24,000 nt of DNA, taken from contig NZ_WLZY01000005.1 of NCBI RefSeq assembly GCF_010122465.1, positions 218,901 through 242,900 on the forward strand. Reading direction: 5' to 3'. Position 1 is the stretch's first letter. Each line of letters begins with the position of its first letter. The position numbers and the translations under genes were made by a program. This DNA is from Phytoactinopolyspora mesophila (GTDB taxonomy: Bacteria > Actinomycetota > Actinomycetes > Jiangellales > Jiangellaceae). Of this stretch, positions 16,074 to 24,000 are shown one piece after another. The notes below the pieces were generated by a model. It was given only the letters and a program-made list of their open reading frames with translations. It did no database searches and was not told where the DNA came from.

Positions 16074-17206
16074 CCCGCGTGGTGGGATGGTTGCGCCGCG
16101 TCGTGCCGACGCTCGTAGCGCTGGGGGTGGCCCTGGTCGTCACCGCGTTGTTCATCCTGATCATCGGTGAGAACCCGTTGCGTGCGGTGGGCGCGTTGTT
16201 CGACTTCGGCGACACCTCGGTAGCTCAGGCGAACTCGATCGGTGTATGGATCAACCGGGCCGCACCGCTGTTTCTCGCCGGGCTAGCCGTCAGCATCGGC
16301 TTTCGGATGGGCCTGTTCAACATCGGCGTCGAGGGTCAGTATCGGGTGGCCACCGTGGTGGCAGCCGGGGTGGGCGCCGCGATCGTCTTGCCAGCTCCGC
16401 TGCACGTCTTCGTGATCGTCATCGCGGCGATGGCTGCCGGCGCCGCCTACGCGGCCATCCCGGCCGTCCTCAAGGTCACCCGTGGCGTCAGTGAGGTCAT
16501 CTCGACGATCATGCTCAACGCCATCGCGATCGGCTTGGTCGCCTGGCTGGTCCGGGTGCCCTTCGTCGATCCCGAGCTGGGCCCGGGTGAGATCGTCGCC
16601 ACCCGCCGGATCGAGGAGTCAGGGCACTTCCCTGGCCTGAACGAGTTGTTCGGTGTGATTGGCCTGGAAGAGCCCCGGCGCCCGGTGCACGGCTTCGTCA
16701 TCGTGGCGATCGTCGTCGGCATCATCATGGCCATCGTGCTCAGCCGGGCGCGGTTTGGATTCGAGTTACGGGCCAGCGGCCTCAACGCGCTGGCCGCCAC
16801 CGCCAACGGTATCTCGTCGAAGGCGATGATCCTGAAAGCGATGCTGCTGTCGGGAGCCCTCGCCGGACTGGTGGGTTTGCCGGATCTGCTCGGATCGGCG
16901 CATCGATTCCATGCTGACTCGTTCGTCGCGGGGTACGGATTCACCGGCATCGCGGTAGCGCTGCTGGGACGAAATCGCCCTGTCGGGATCGCCTTCGCTG
17001 CCTTGCTGTTCGCCTTCCTCGACCGGGCCGGTCCTAGCTTGCAGTCCGAGGGTATTCCGCCCGCCGCGGTGACGATCATGCAGGGAATCGTCGTGTTGTC
17101 GGTGCTGATCGTCGACGAGGTGGCCCGGCGTGGGCTTCTGCGCCGCGAGGAACGAAGGGCCCGGAACCAGGATCGGGATGCCGTGACCGAGGAGGTGCCG
17201 TCGTGA
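16070..17206 (+). CDS. ABC transporter permease (BMP-family system, first permease)
   Basis: 378-aa polytopic hydrophobic ORF. Its ATG overlaps the ATPase stop (ATGA, 16070-16073). Confidence 0.88.
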   Translation: MTRVVGWLRRVVPTLVALGVALVVTALFILIIGENPLRAVGALFDFGDTSVAQANSIGVWINRAAPLFLAGLAVSIGFRMGLFNIGVEGQYRVATVVAAGVGAAIVLPAPLHVFVIVIAAMAAGAAYAAIPAVLKVTRGVSEVISTIMLNAIAIGLVAWLVRVPFVDPELGPGEIVATRRIEESGHFPGLNELFGVIGLEEPRRPVHGFVIVAIVVGIIMAIVLSRARFGFELRASGLNALAATANGISSKAMILKAMLLSGALAGLVGLPDLLGSAHRFHADSFVAGYGFTGIAVALLGRNRPVGIAFAALLFAFLDRAGPSLQSEGIPPAAVTIMQGIVVLSVLIVDEVARRGLLRREERRARNQDRDAVTEEVPS

Positions 17207-18477
17207 CCGGTCAACCCGCCATGCCGATTCAGACAGAGCCCGACGGCGTCAAGTACCAAGTGTCGCGGGTGCAAAAGGCGCTATTGATCGCCGGACTCGG
17301 CTTGGTGGCCATCTCGGCGGTGCGTGTCATCACCGGTGAGACGGTATTGACCAGCAGCGGGACGGCGCGCGCGATGCTCACGCTCGCCCTGCCCATCGCG
17401 ATGTGCGCGCTGGGCGGACTGGTCGCCGAGCGGGCCGGTGTCATCAACATCGGTCTCGAGGGAATGATGATCCTCGGCACCTGGGGTGCGGGGTTCGGCG
17501 GCTGGCAGTACGGCCCGTGGGGAGCGCTGCTCGGCGCGCTCATCGGCGGCGCGCTCGGTGGGCTGCTGCATGCGCTGGCCACTGTGACCTTCGGTGTCGA
17601 CCACATCGTCAGCGGCGTGGCCATCAACCTGGTGGCAGCCGGATTGGTGCGCTTCCTGTCCGAAGCCGTGTACGCCGACAGCACAGAGGGCGGCGGGCCA
17701 ACCATGTCTCCGCCGCTGGGTTCGGTGGACACGTTCAACATTCCGATCCTGTCGTCCGGTCCAAACCTGCTCAGACGGCTGGAAGATACCGATCTGCCGG
17801 TGCTTTCCGACCTCGGCGGCATCTTGCACGGACTCACCAGCGGTCTTACGGTGTTCACGCTGATCATCGTCGCCATGATCCCGCTCGCGTGGTTCGTGCT
17901 GTGGCGCACGGCGTTCGGGCTGCGGCTGCGCTCGGCCGGGGAGAGCCCGGTCGCGGCGGAATCGCTGGGTGTCAATGTCTACAAGATGAAGTATCTGGCC
18001 GTGACCGCCAGCGGTGCGCTGGCCGGCCTCGGTGGGTTCATGCTGGTTATGTTCGAGCAGTCCTATCGGGAGGGGCAGACCGGGGGGAGAGGCTACATAG
18101 GTCTGGCGGCCATGATCTTCGGGAACTGGCGACCAGGCGGTCTCCTCGCCGGCTCCGGGCTGTTCGGTTACGCGGATGCGGTTCGGCTGCGGGCATCGAC
18201 GTCCGCGGCAGTGCTGGCGCTGCTTCTGCTTGTCGGGCTGATCCTCGCGGCTGTGGGCGTGTGGGATCTCTACCGGCGCCGGTACGTGCTCAGCGCTGTC
18301 CTGCTGGTGCTTGCCGGGGCAACCATCCTGGCGTGGGGGACACTCGACGCGCTGCCGCGTGAGGTCACCACCATGACGCCGTACCTGGTGACCCTGGCTG
18401 TGCTGGCGACTGCCACTCAACGGCTCAGGCCGCCGGCGGCCGACGGTATGCGGTACCGCCGGGGCGAAGAACATTAA
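17203..18477 (+). CDS. ABC transporter permease (BMP-family system, second permease)
   Basis: 424-aa polytopic hydrophobic ORF. Its GTG start overlaps the preceding stop (GTGA, 17203-17206). Confidence 0.88.
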   Translation: MTGQPAMPIQTEPDGVKYQVSRVQKALLIAGLGLVAISAVRVITGETVLTSSGTARAMLTLALPIAMCALGGLVAERAGVINIGLEGMMILGTWGAGFGGWQYGPWGALLGALIGGALGGLLHALATVTFGVDHIVSGVAINLVAAGLVRFLSEAVYADSTEGGGPTMSPPLGSVDTFNIPILSSGPNLLRRLEDTDLPVLSDLGGILHGLTSGLTVFTLIIVAMIPLAWFVLWRTAFGLRLRSAGESPVAAESLGVNVYKMKYLAVTASGALAGLGGFMLVMFEQSYREGQTGGRGYIGLAAMIFGNWRPGGLLAGSGLFGYADAVRLRASTSAAVLALLLLVGLILAAVGVWDLYRRRYVLSAVLLVLAGATILAWGTLDALPREVTTMTPYLVTLAVLATATQRLRPPAADGMRYRRGEEH

Positions 18478-18480
18478 CCG

Positions 18481-18599
18481 GTGATCATGAGCTGATTCGC
18501 GCTGGCGGCGCCGGTGATCGTGAGCAATATCCGGCCGCTATGGTGACTCAGATTTGCTCACGATCACCGGACGTGGAGCAGATTTCCGCTCATGATCAC
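18481..18599. repeat. 119-bp nested inverted-repeat element, copy E2
   Basis: GTGATCATGAGC (18481-18492, +), GTGATCGTGAGC (18514-18525, +), GCTCACGATCAC (18556-18567, inverted) and GCTCATGATCAC (18588-18599, inverted). The outer pair and the inner pair are each perfectly complementary (12/12). It starts 3 nt after the permease TAA stop and ends 28 nt before the cdd ATG. Confidence 0.85.
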
Positions 18600-18627
18600 G
18601 GGCGGGGATGACGGGAGGACATGAGGG

Positions 18628-19011
18628 ATGAACGAGACTTTCGACTGGGTGGGATTGCGCGCGGCGGCCGCGGAAGCGTCGTACCGGGCATACGCGCCGT
18701 ACTCGTCGTTCCCTGTGGGCGCGGCCGCACTGGTCGACGACGGCCGCCTCGTCACCGGCTGCAACGTGGAGAACGCGTCGTACGGGCTGACGTTGTGTGC
18801 CGAATGTGGCTTGGTGTCGTCCTTGATCGCCACCGGCGGAGGCCGCCTGGTGGCGTTCAGCTGTGTGGGTGGTGAAGAGCGTGAGACGATCATGCCGTGT
18901 GGGCGTTGCCGGCAGCTGCTGTGGGAGCACGGGGGCCCGGAACTGCTCGTAGACACCCCCGAGGGCGTGCTGAGCATGTCGCAGGTGCTTCCGCAGGCGT
19001 TCAGCCTGTGA
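18628..19011 (+). CDS. cdd: Cytidine deaminase (small homotetrameric type)
   Basis: 127-aa ORF with the zinc-binding motifs CAECG and PCGRCRQ at the spacing typical of Cdd. Confidence 0.93.
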   Translation: MNETFDWVGLRAAAAEASYRAYAPYSSFPVGAAALVDDGRLVTGCNVENASYGLTLCAECGLVSSLIATGGGRLVAFSCVGGEERETIMPCGRCRQLLWEHGGPELLVDTPEGVLSMSQVLPQAFSL

Positions 19012-19045
19012 CCGCGTCCGGCCGGCGTCACGGAGATGAGCAACC

Positions 19046-20416
19046 ATGAGCAGGGTCTGCTCCGACGTGTGGACGTTGCTGCACCGGCCCGGGTTCAGGC
19101 GGCTGTTCGCCGTACGTATCGCCGGGCAGCTCGGCGACGGCGTCTTGCAGGTCGCCCTGGTCTCGTTCGTGTTCTTCTCCCCGGAGCGCCAGACCACGGC
19201 ACCGGCCGCCGCCGCGGCCTTCGCCGTCATCCTGCTGCCGTATTCACTTGTCGGGCCGTTCGCCGGCGTGCTGCTCGACCGATGGCAGCGACGTCAGGTC
19301 CTGCTGTACGTCAACCTGCTCCGCGCCGGACTGACGCTGGTGGTCGCATGGCAGGTGATGAGCGACAACGTCGGCTTGCTGTTCGTCGCGACCGTGCTGC
19401 TCATGTTGTCGCTGAACAGGTTCATCCTGGCCGGCCTCGGCGCCTCGGTCCCGCGTGTGGTGCCGCGTCGTGAGCTGGTGATGGCGAATTCGATCGCGCC
19501 GACCGCCGGCGCGGTCGCTGTCATGACCGGCGTCGGCGTCGGGTATGTGACCCAGCGCTGGCTGCTCGGGTCGGAGGCCGAAAATTCTGCCGAGAGCCCG
19601 ATTGTGATGGTCGGCGCGGCCGTCTATCTGCTGGCCGGCCTGTTGGCACTGAGGCTCGGGCGGCGATCGCTCGGCCCGGAACCGGGCGCCGTGCAGATCG
19701 CCGTCGGGCACGCGGTGCGGCAGGTGGCCAGCGGCATGGTCTCGGGCGCGCGGCACGTGGTCGCGCGCCGGCCGGCGTTTCTGGGACTGGCGGTGATGGC
19801 GTCGAGCCGCTTCTTCTACGGCCTGACGCTCGTCATGGCGATCTTGCTGGCCCGGAATCATTTCCACCATCCCGACGACGTCGACGCGGGTCTCGGCACG
19901 CTGGCGATGCTGCTGGGGCTTTCCGGGGCGGGCTTCGCGCTCGCCGCAGTGATCACACCCGCGGCGACCCGCCGGATGAGCAAACAGACCTGGGCGGTGA
20001 CGTTGCTCGCCGCGGCGGGGATGATCACTCTCGCTCCCGGTGTGTTGCTGACCGTCCCGGCACTGGCGGTGGTGGCCACCGTGCTCGGGGTAGCCGCCCA
20101 GGGGGTGAAGATCGTCGTCGACACGGTGATCCACGAGAACGTCGACGACGAGTTTCGCGGCCGGGTCTTCTCGTTCTACGACGTGGCGTTCAACGCCACC
20201 TTCGTGGCCGCTGCCGGTGTCGCGGCGCTGTTCATGCCCGCGTCCGGGCACTCGTACATAGCTCTCGGCGTGATCGCCGCCGGGTTCGGGCTCACGGCGG
20301 CGGGCTACCGGTTCGCAGACTCCGGGTGGGCTGGAGCGCGCTCGCCGGCGCCGGTCCAGACGGCCGATGGAATGCAGCGGGCGGGTCTCGACGACGACAC
20401 AAGCGCGCGACCCTAA
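19046..20416 (+). CDS. MFS transporter, MFS_3 / EntS-like family
   Basis: 456-aa polytopic ORF of about 12 hydrophobic segments. The loop motif GVLLDRWQRRQVLL is characteristic of the MFS_3 (transmembrane secretion effector) group. The substrate cannot be inferred. Confidence 0.8.
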   Translation: MSRVCSDVWTLLHRPGFRRLFAVRIAGQLGDGVLQVALVSFVFFSPERQTTAPAAAAAFAVILLPYSLVGPFAGVLLDRWQRRQVLLYVNLLRAGLTLVVAWQVMSDNVGLLFVATVLLMLSLNRFILAGLGASVPRVVPRRELVMANSIAPTAGAVAVMTGVGVGYVTQRWLLGSEAENSAESPIVMVGAAVYLLAGLLALRLGRRSLGPEPGAVQIAVGHAVRQVASGMVSGARHVVARRPAFLGLAVMASSRFFYGLTLVMAILLARNHFHHPDDVDAGLGTLAMLLGLSGAGFALAAVITPAATRRMSKQTWAVTLLAAAGMITLAPGVLLTVPALAVVATVLGVAAQGVKIVVDTVIHENVDDEFRGRVFSFYDVAFNATFVAAAGVAALFMPASGHSYIALGVIAAGFGLTAAGYRFADSGWAGARSPAPVQTADGMQRAGLDDDTSARP

Positions 20417-20494
20417 TACACGGAACCAGAGGCTGCGTGTTCGCTCGTTGCTGACGCGCTGGTCACCCGGGCCGGCGTCGGGCATCGTTAGGTC

Positions 20495-21820
20495 ATGAGC
20501 AGCGCATCTGACTTCGACGCGGTCGACATCATCCGGTCCAAGCGCGACGGCGAGGAATTGTCCGACGCCCAGATCGACTGGGTCATCGAGGCCTACGCGC
20601 GCGGCGCTGCTGCTGGTGACGGCCGATCCGGCGCCATCGCGGACGAGCAGATGTCCGCATTGGCGATGGCCATCCTGCTGAACGGGATGTCCCGGCGGGA
20701 AATCGCGCGATGGACAGATGCGATGGTCCGCTCGGGCACCAGGATGGATTGGTCCGGAGTCGCCCGGCCCACCGCGGACAAACACTCCACCGGTGGCGTA
20801 GGCGACAAGATCACGCTGCCGCTGGCGCCCACTGTCGCGGCGTGTGGTGCGGCGGTCCCGCAGCTTTCCGGGCGCGGGCTTGGACACACGGGCGGCACCC
20901 TGGACAAGTTCGAGTCGATCAGTGGGTGGCGGGCGTCGCTGTCCGCCGCCGAGATGCTGGCCGTGGTCCAGGAGGCCGGTGCTGTGGTGTGTGCCGCCAC
21001 CGACGACCTCGCGCCAGCGGACAAACGGCTGTATGCGCTGCGCGACGTCACCGGCACGGTCGAGTCGATCCCGTTGATCGCCAGCTCGATCATGAGCAAG
21101 AAGATCGCCGAGGGCACCGGTGCTTTGGTGCTAGACGTCAAGGTCGGCTCGGGCGCGTTCATGAAGGATGCCGAAAACGCTACGGAACTGGCGCGCACCA
21201 TGGTCCAGCTCGGAACCGATGCCGGGGTGCGCACGGTTGCGCTGCTGACCAACATGCAGACGCCGTTGGGCCTCACCGTCGGCAATGCGCTGGAGGTGCG
21301 CGAATCCGTCGAGGTGCTCGCCGGTGGCGGGCCGGAGGACGTCGTGGAGCTCACGGTGACGCTCGCACGCGAGATGCTGGCCGCCGCCGGCCTCGGTGAA
21401 ACCGATCCGGCCGACGCGCTCAAGGACGGCTCAGCCATGGACGTCTGGCGGCGGATGGTGATGGCGCAAGGCGGGGCGCCGGACGCGCCGTTGCCCAGCG
21501 CGCGGGAGACTCACACCGTGCTGGCCCCCGCCAGCGGCGTGCTCGCTCAGCTCGACGCCTACCGGGTCGGCGTAGCCGCCTGGCGCCTCGGCGCGGGACG
21601 CGCTCGCAAGGAGGACACTGTCCAGGCCGGAGCCGGTGTCGAGATCCATGCCAAGCCCGGAGCACATGTCGCTGGGGGTGAGCCGCTGCTGACGTTGCAC
21701 ACCGACGAGCCACAGCGGTTCGAGCGGGCGCTGGAAGCACTTGAGGGCGCTTACGAGATCGCGCCATCCAATGCCAGGCCGGACCTGCTGCCGTTGATCA
21801 TCGACCGGGTTACGGCCTAG
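20495..21820 (+). CDS. deoA: Thymidine / pyrimidine-nucleoside phosphorylase
   Basis: 441-aa ORF with IIRSKRDGEELSDAQIDWVI, DKHSTGGVGDK, SGRGLGHTGGTLDK and a C-terminal alpha/beta domain. It sits in the classic cdd-deoA neighbourhood. Confidence 0.93.
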   Translation: MSSASDFDAVDIIRSKRDGEELSDAQIDWVIEAYARGAAAGDGRSGAIADEQMSALAMAILLNGMSRREIARWTDAMVRSGTRMDWSGVARPTADKHSTGGVGDKITLPLAPTVAACGAAVPQLSGRGLGHTGGTLDKFESISGWRASLSAAEMLAVVQEAGAVVCAATDDLAPADKRLYALRDVTGTVESIPLIASSIMSKKIAEGTGALVLDVKVGSGAFMKDAENATELARTMVQLGTDAGVRTVALLTNMQTPLGLTVGNALEVRESVEVLAGGGPEDVVELTVTLAREMLAAAGLGETDPADALKDGSAMDVWRRMVMAQGGAPDAPLPSARETHTVLAPASGVLAQLDAYRVGVAAWRLGAGRARKEDTVQAGAGVEIHAKPGAHVAGGEPLLTLHTDEPQRFERALEALEGAYEIAPSNARPDLLPLIIDRVTA

Positions 21821-21835
21821 CCCGGCCGCCGCTCA

Positions 21836-21872
21836 CGACAGCCTTCCGGCCGTGCGGCCATGAAGACTGTCG
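21836..21872. terminator. Composite imperfect hairpin between convergent deoA and the RDD gene
   Basis: CGACAG (21836-21841) pairs with CTGTCG (21867-21872). Inner CTTC/GAAG and GGCC-GTGC-GGCC pairings are also present. There is no clear U-tract. Confidence 0.3.
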
Positions 21873-21887
21873 TTCGAGGGAGCTGGA

Positions 21888-22910
21888 TCAAGCCGGCGGC
21901 ACGAAGCCGCTGCTGTTGCGCGTCGTCTCGGCATTCTGGCCGGCCGACCGGTCAGAATGGGCCGGGCCTTCTTCGCGGCCGGCGTCCCGCGAGGGGGAAT
22001 CGTCGTTCGGTCGTGTGTTGCCGGCGGGAGCGCCGGGTAGTGCGGGCAACATGCCCGCAGGGTGGGCTGGTGCCTCTGGCGCGGATCCGGTTCCGGGCGA
22101 TGCGTCGCCGGGTGTTGTGTGAAACGGCGAGCCGGTCGGCGCGTCGGCCCGTGGTGGAGGTGTGGATTGCCCGGACAGCCGGACAGTTTCCCGCCGGCCT
22201 CGCTCGCCCAGCACAGCTGCCAGGTACGCCGGCGCGGAAACTCCCGGTGGTGGCTGAGGGCTGACCACCGAGGCCACCTGTCCGGCGATCCTCGCACCGA
22301 GACTGTCGCGGATCTCCGGCGCCATCTGCTGCCAGCGGATGAGATAGTTCCGGGCGTCGAGTGCGAGATCATTGGGCAGCCGCGACAGGTCGAGAGTGCG
22401 GGCCCAGCCCGCGAGTTCCGATGGGACGGCCGGCAGCCCGGGTTGTTGCGGGATCCGTTCGCGCAGTACGACGGTGCCGGCCATGACATCGCCGATCCGT
22501 TTGCCGCGTTGATTGAGCAGTGAGCAGAAGATGGCGCCGACACCGAAGGTGACGACGAAGTCGGTGAAGACACCGTTCAGGGCCCGCACCAGCGCATGAC
22601 GGGCGCGGATCGGTCCGCCGTCGTCGCGAACCACCCGGAGCCCGAGGACGAACTTACCGAACGACTTGCCGCGGGAAAGCGTCTCGATCGTCGCAGGGAC
22701 GGCCACCAGCAGGGTGATCGTGGTGGCCAGACCGAGCGCGGTGGCCAGAGCCGCGTCGAGCGCGGGCAGTACGGCGCCGGCGAGCGCGTAGAGTCCCAGG
22801 CCGCACACCGCGTAGACCGCGGCGTCGATGGCGATGGACAGCGCCCGCGACGGAAGCTTGGCCAGTCGGAGTTCGAGGGGTACTGCCTCGCCGGTCACCA
22901 CGTCGTTCAT
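21888..22910 (-). CDS. RDD-family membrane protein with a long Pro-rich disordered C-terminal tail
   Basis: I prefer the ATG at 22910 (MNDVVTGEAVPLELRLAKLPSRALSIAIDAAVY...). The track ORF extends to 23012 through an Arg/Cys-rich improbable leader. The protein has the RDD-type topology, with conserved R..D and GKRIGDVMAGTVV segments. The last ~140 aa are P/A/G/S-rich. Confidence 0.8.
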   Translation of the reverse strand: MNDVVTGEAVPLELRLAKLPSRALSIAIDAAVYAVCGLGLYALAGAVLPALDAALATALGLATTITLLVAVPATIETLSRGKSFGKFVLGLRVVRDDGGPIRARHALVRALNGVFTDFVVTFGVGAIFCSLLNQRGKRIGDVMAGTVVLRERIPQQPGLPAVPSELAGWARTLDLSRLPNDLALDARNYLIRWQQMAPEIRDSLGARIAGQVASVVSPQPPPGVSAPAYLAAVLGERGRRETVRLSGQSTPPPRADAPTGSPFHTTPGDASPGTGSAPEAPAHPAGMLPALPGAPAGNTRPNDDSPSRDAGREEGPAHSDRSAGQNAETTRNSSGFVPPA

Positions 22911-23132
22911 ACCGACCAGTCTGCCGCACCAGCGGATCTTCCCGGGCACGGGACAGCAACTGGAAACCCGGAGCCTCCTCGAACAACGCCTGGCTTCTCC
23001 GCGCACGCGCAACTCCGTGTGATGAGCTTCTCCGTCATCAGCCGGGGATTGGTAGCGTCAAGGGCGTTGGCTGTGTGGCCGTCAATCGGGCCTGTGTGCC
23101 GGTAGCGTTGTTTGATCGTCGAAGGGACACGT

Positions 23133-24000
23133 GTGGACGTCGAGGCATTCGTGGCCGCTCACCAGCATGAGTGGGACCGGCTTGAATCGCTGCTGCGGCG
23201 CCGCGGCCGGTTGTCCGGGGCTGAGGCTGACGAGCTGGTCGGGCTCTATCGCCAGGTGTCCACTCACCTGGCCATGGTGCGTTCGTCCGCGCCGGACGCC
23301 GTGCTCCTGGGCAAGTTGTCGAGCCTGGTGGCCCGGGCACGCTCGGCTGTGACGGGCGCGCGAGACCCGGGGTGGAACGACGTCGTCCGGTTCCTGACGG
23401 TGAGTTTCCCGGCTGCCGTCTACCAGAACCGGCGCTGGTGGATCACCGTGGCTGTCGCCTTCGTCGCACTCACCACGGTCATGGCGTGGTGGGTCGCGGC
23501 GAACCCGGACGTGCAGTTGGCGATCGCGGCTCCGGAGGAGATCCGCCAGCTCGTCGAGCATGATTTCGAGGACTACTACTCGGCACAGCCAGCTGCTTCC
23601 TTCGCCACGCAGGTGTGGATCAACAACCTCTGGGTTGCCACAGCCTGTCTGATTCTCGGGGTGTTCCTCGGCGTGCCGGTTGTCGTCATCTTGTTGCTCA
23701 ACGTCGCCAACGTCGCCGTCTCGGGCGGTCTGATGGCCTCGGCCGGGCGGCTGGACATCTTCCTCGGGCTGATCACTCCGCACGGGCTACTTGAACTCAC
23801 GGCCGTGTTCATCGCTGCGGGCGCGGGGTTGAAGGTCGGGTGGACGGTGATTGATCCCGGGCCGCTGCGGCGTACCGATGCGCTGGCCCGTGCCGGCCGC
23901 TCAGCTGTGGGGCTGGCGGTCGGCCTGGTGGGGGTGTTGCTGATCTCCGGCATCATCGAGGCGTTCGTGACGCCCTCGGGCCTGCCGACGTGGGCACGCA
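23133..24000 (+). CDS. SpoIIM-like (stage II sporulation protein M / DUF95 family) integral membrane protein; 3' end outside the window
   Basis: Not in the ORF track because no stop occurs before the window end. GTG at 23133 has GAAGGG 6 nt upstream. Manual translation: VDVEAFVAAHQHEWDRLESLLRRR...FPAAVYQNRRWW...ITPHGLLELTAVFIAAGAGLKVGW...IIEAFVTP. This matches the family pattern of a soluble N-terminal helix followed by TM helices with a HG..E motif. Confidence 0.8.
   Translation, partial: MDVEAFVAAHQHEWDRLESLLRRRGRLSGAEADELVGLYRQVSTHLAMVRSSAPDAVLLGKLSSLVARARSAVTGARDPGWNDVVRFLTVSFPAAVYQNRRWWITVAVAFVALTTVMAWWVAANPDVQLAIAAPEEIRQLVEHDFEDYYSAQPAASFATQVWINNLWVATACLILGVFLGVPVVVILLLNVANVAVSGGLMASAGRLDIFLGLITPHGLLELTAVFIAAGAGLKVGWTVIDPGPLRRTDALARAGRSAVGLAVGLVGVLLISGIIEAFVTPSGLPTWAR

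Noticed and set aside
17229-20887. Very long minus-strand ORFs (17281..18474 at 397 aa, 19244..20887 at 547 aa, and others) opposite the permease, MFS and deoA genes
   Set aside because: Their composition is Arg/Pro/Gly/His-rich and low in complexity. They overlap strongly supported plus-strand genes completely. They are stop-codon-poor antisense frames of GC-rich coding DNA.
21829-21842. CCGCTCACGACAGC downstream of deoA as a possible solo copy of the GTGATCGTGAGC repeat
   Set aside because: Only 8 contiguous bases (GCTCACGA) match and there is no partner copy at the characteristic 32-33-bp spacing. It is better explained as part of the local convergent-gene hairpin.

Overview
This is a high-GC, actinobacterial-type chromosomal segment.

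**Left edge (minus strand):** the 5' part of guaA, then a complete sdhC-sdhD-sdhA-sdhB succinate dehydrogenase operon.

**Right half (plus strand):** a nucleoside-salvage block made of:
- a BMP-family ABC importer operon (lipoprotein binding protein, double-ABC ATPase, two permeases, with 4-nt overlaps between the ATPase and permease genes);
- cdd;
- an EntS/MFS_3-like transporter;
- deoA.

These are followed by a convergent RDD-family membrane protein and a divergent SpoIIM/DUF95-like membrane protein that runs off the window.

**Middle (~4.2-13.35 kb):** an accessory-looking block with no recognisable mobility genes sits between sdhC and the ABC operon. It contains:
- a lower-GC orphan gene with a degenerate receiver-like N-terminus;
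- a very acidic lipoprotein;
- an uncharacterised two-gene cell-envelope cassette (lipoprotein plus Cys-containing secreted protein). Mirror-image paralogous copies lie on either side of a methylmalonyl-CoA mutase large-subunit gene that lacks a B12-binding domain. The right-hand secreted-protein gene is additionally tandemly duplicated.

**Dispersed repeat:** two copies of a 119-bp nested inverted-repeat element built from four GTGATC[G/A]TGAGC motifs with identical internal geometry. Each starts a few nt after a stop codon (after mcm, and after the last permease upstream of cdd).

I recognised no rRNA, tRNA, CRISPR array, transposase or integrase. Many long alternative-frame and antisense ORFs in the track are high-GC shadow ORFs.
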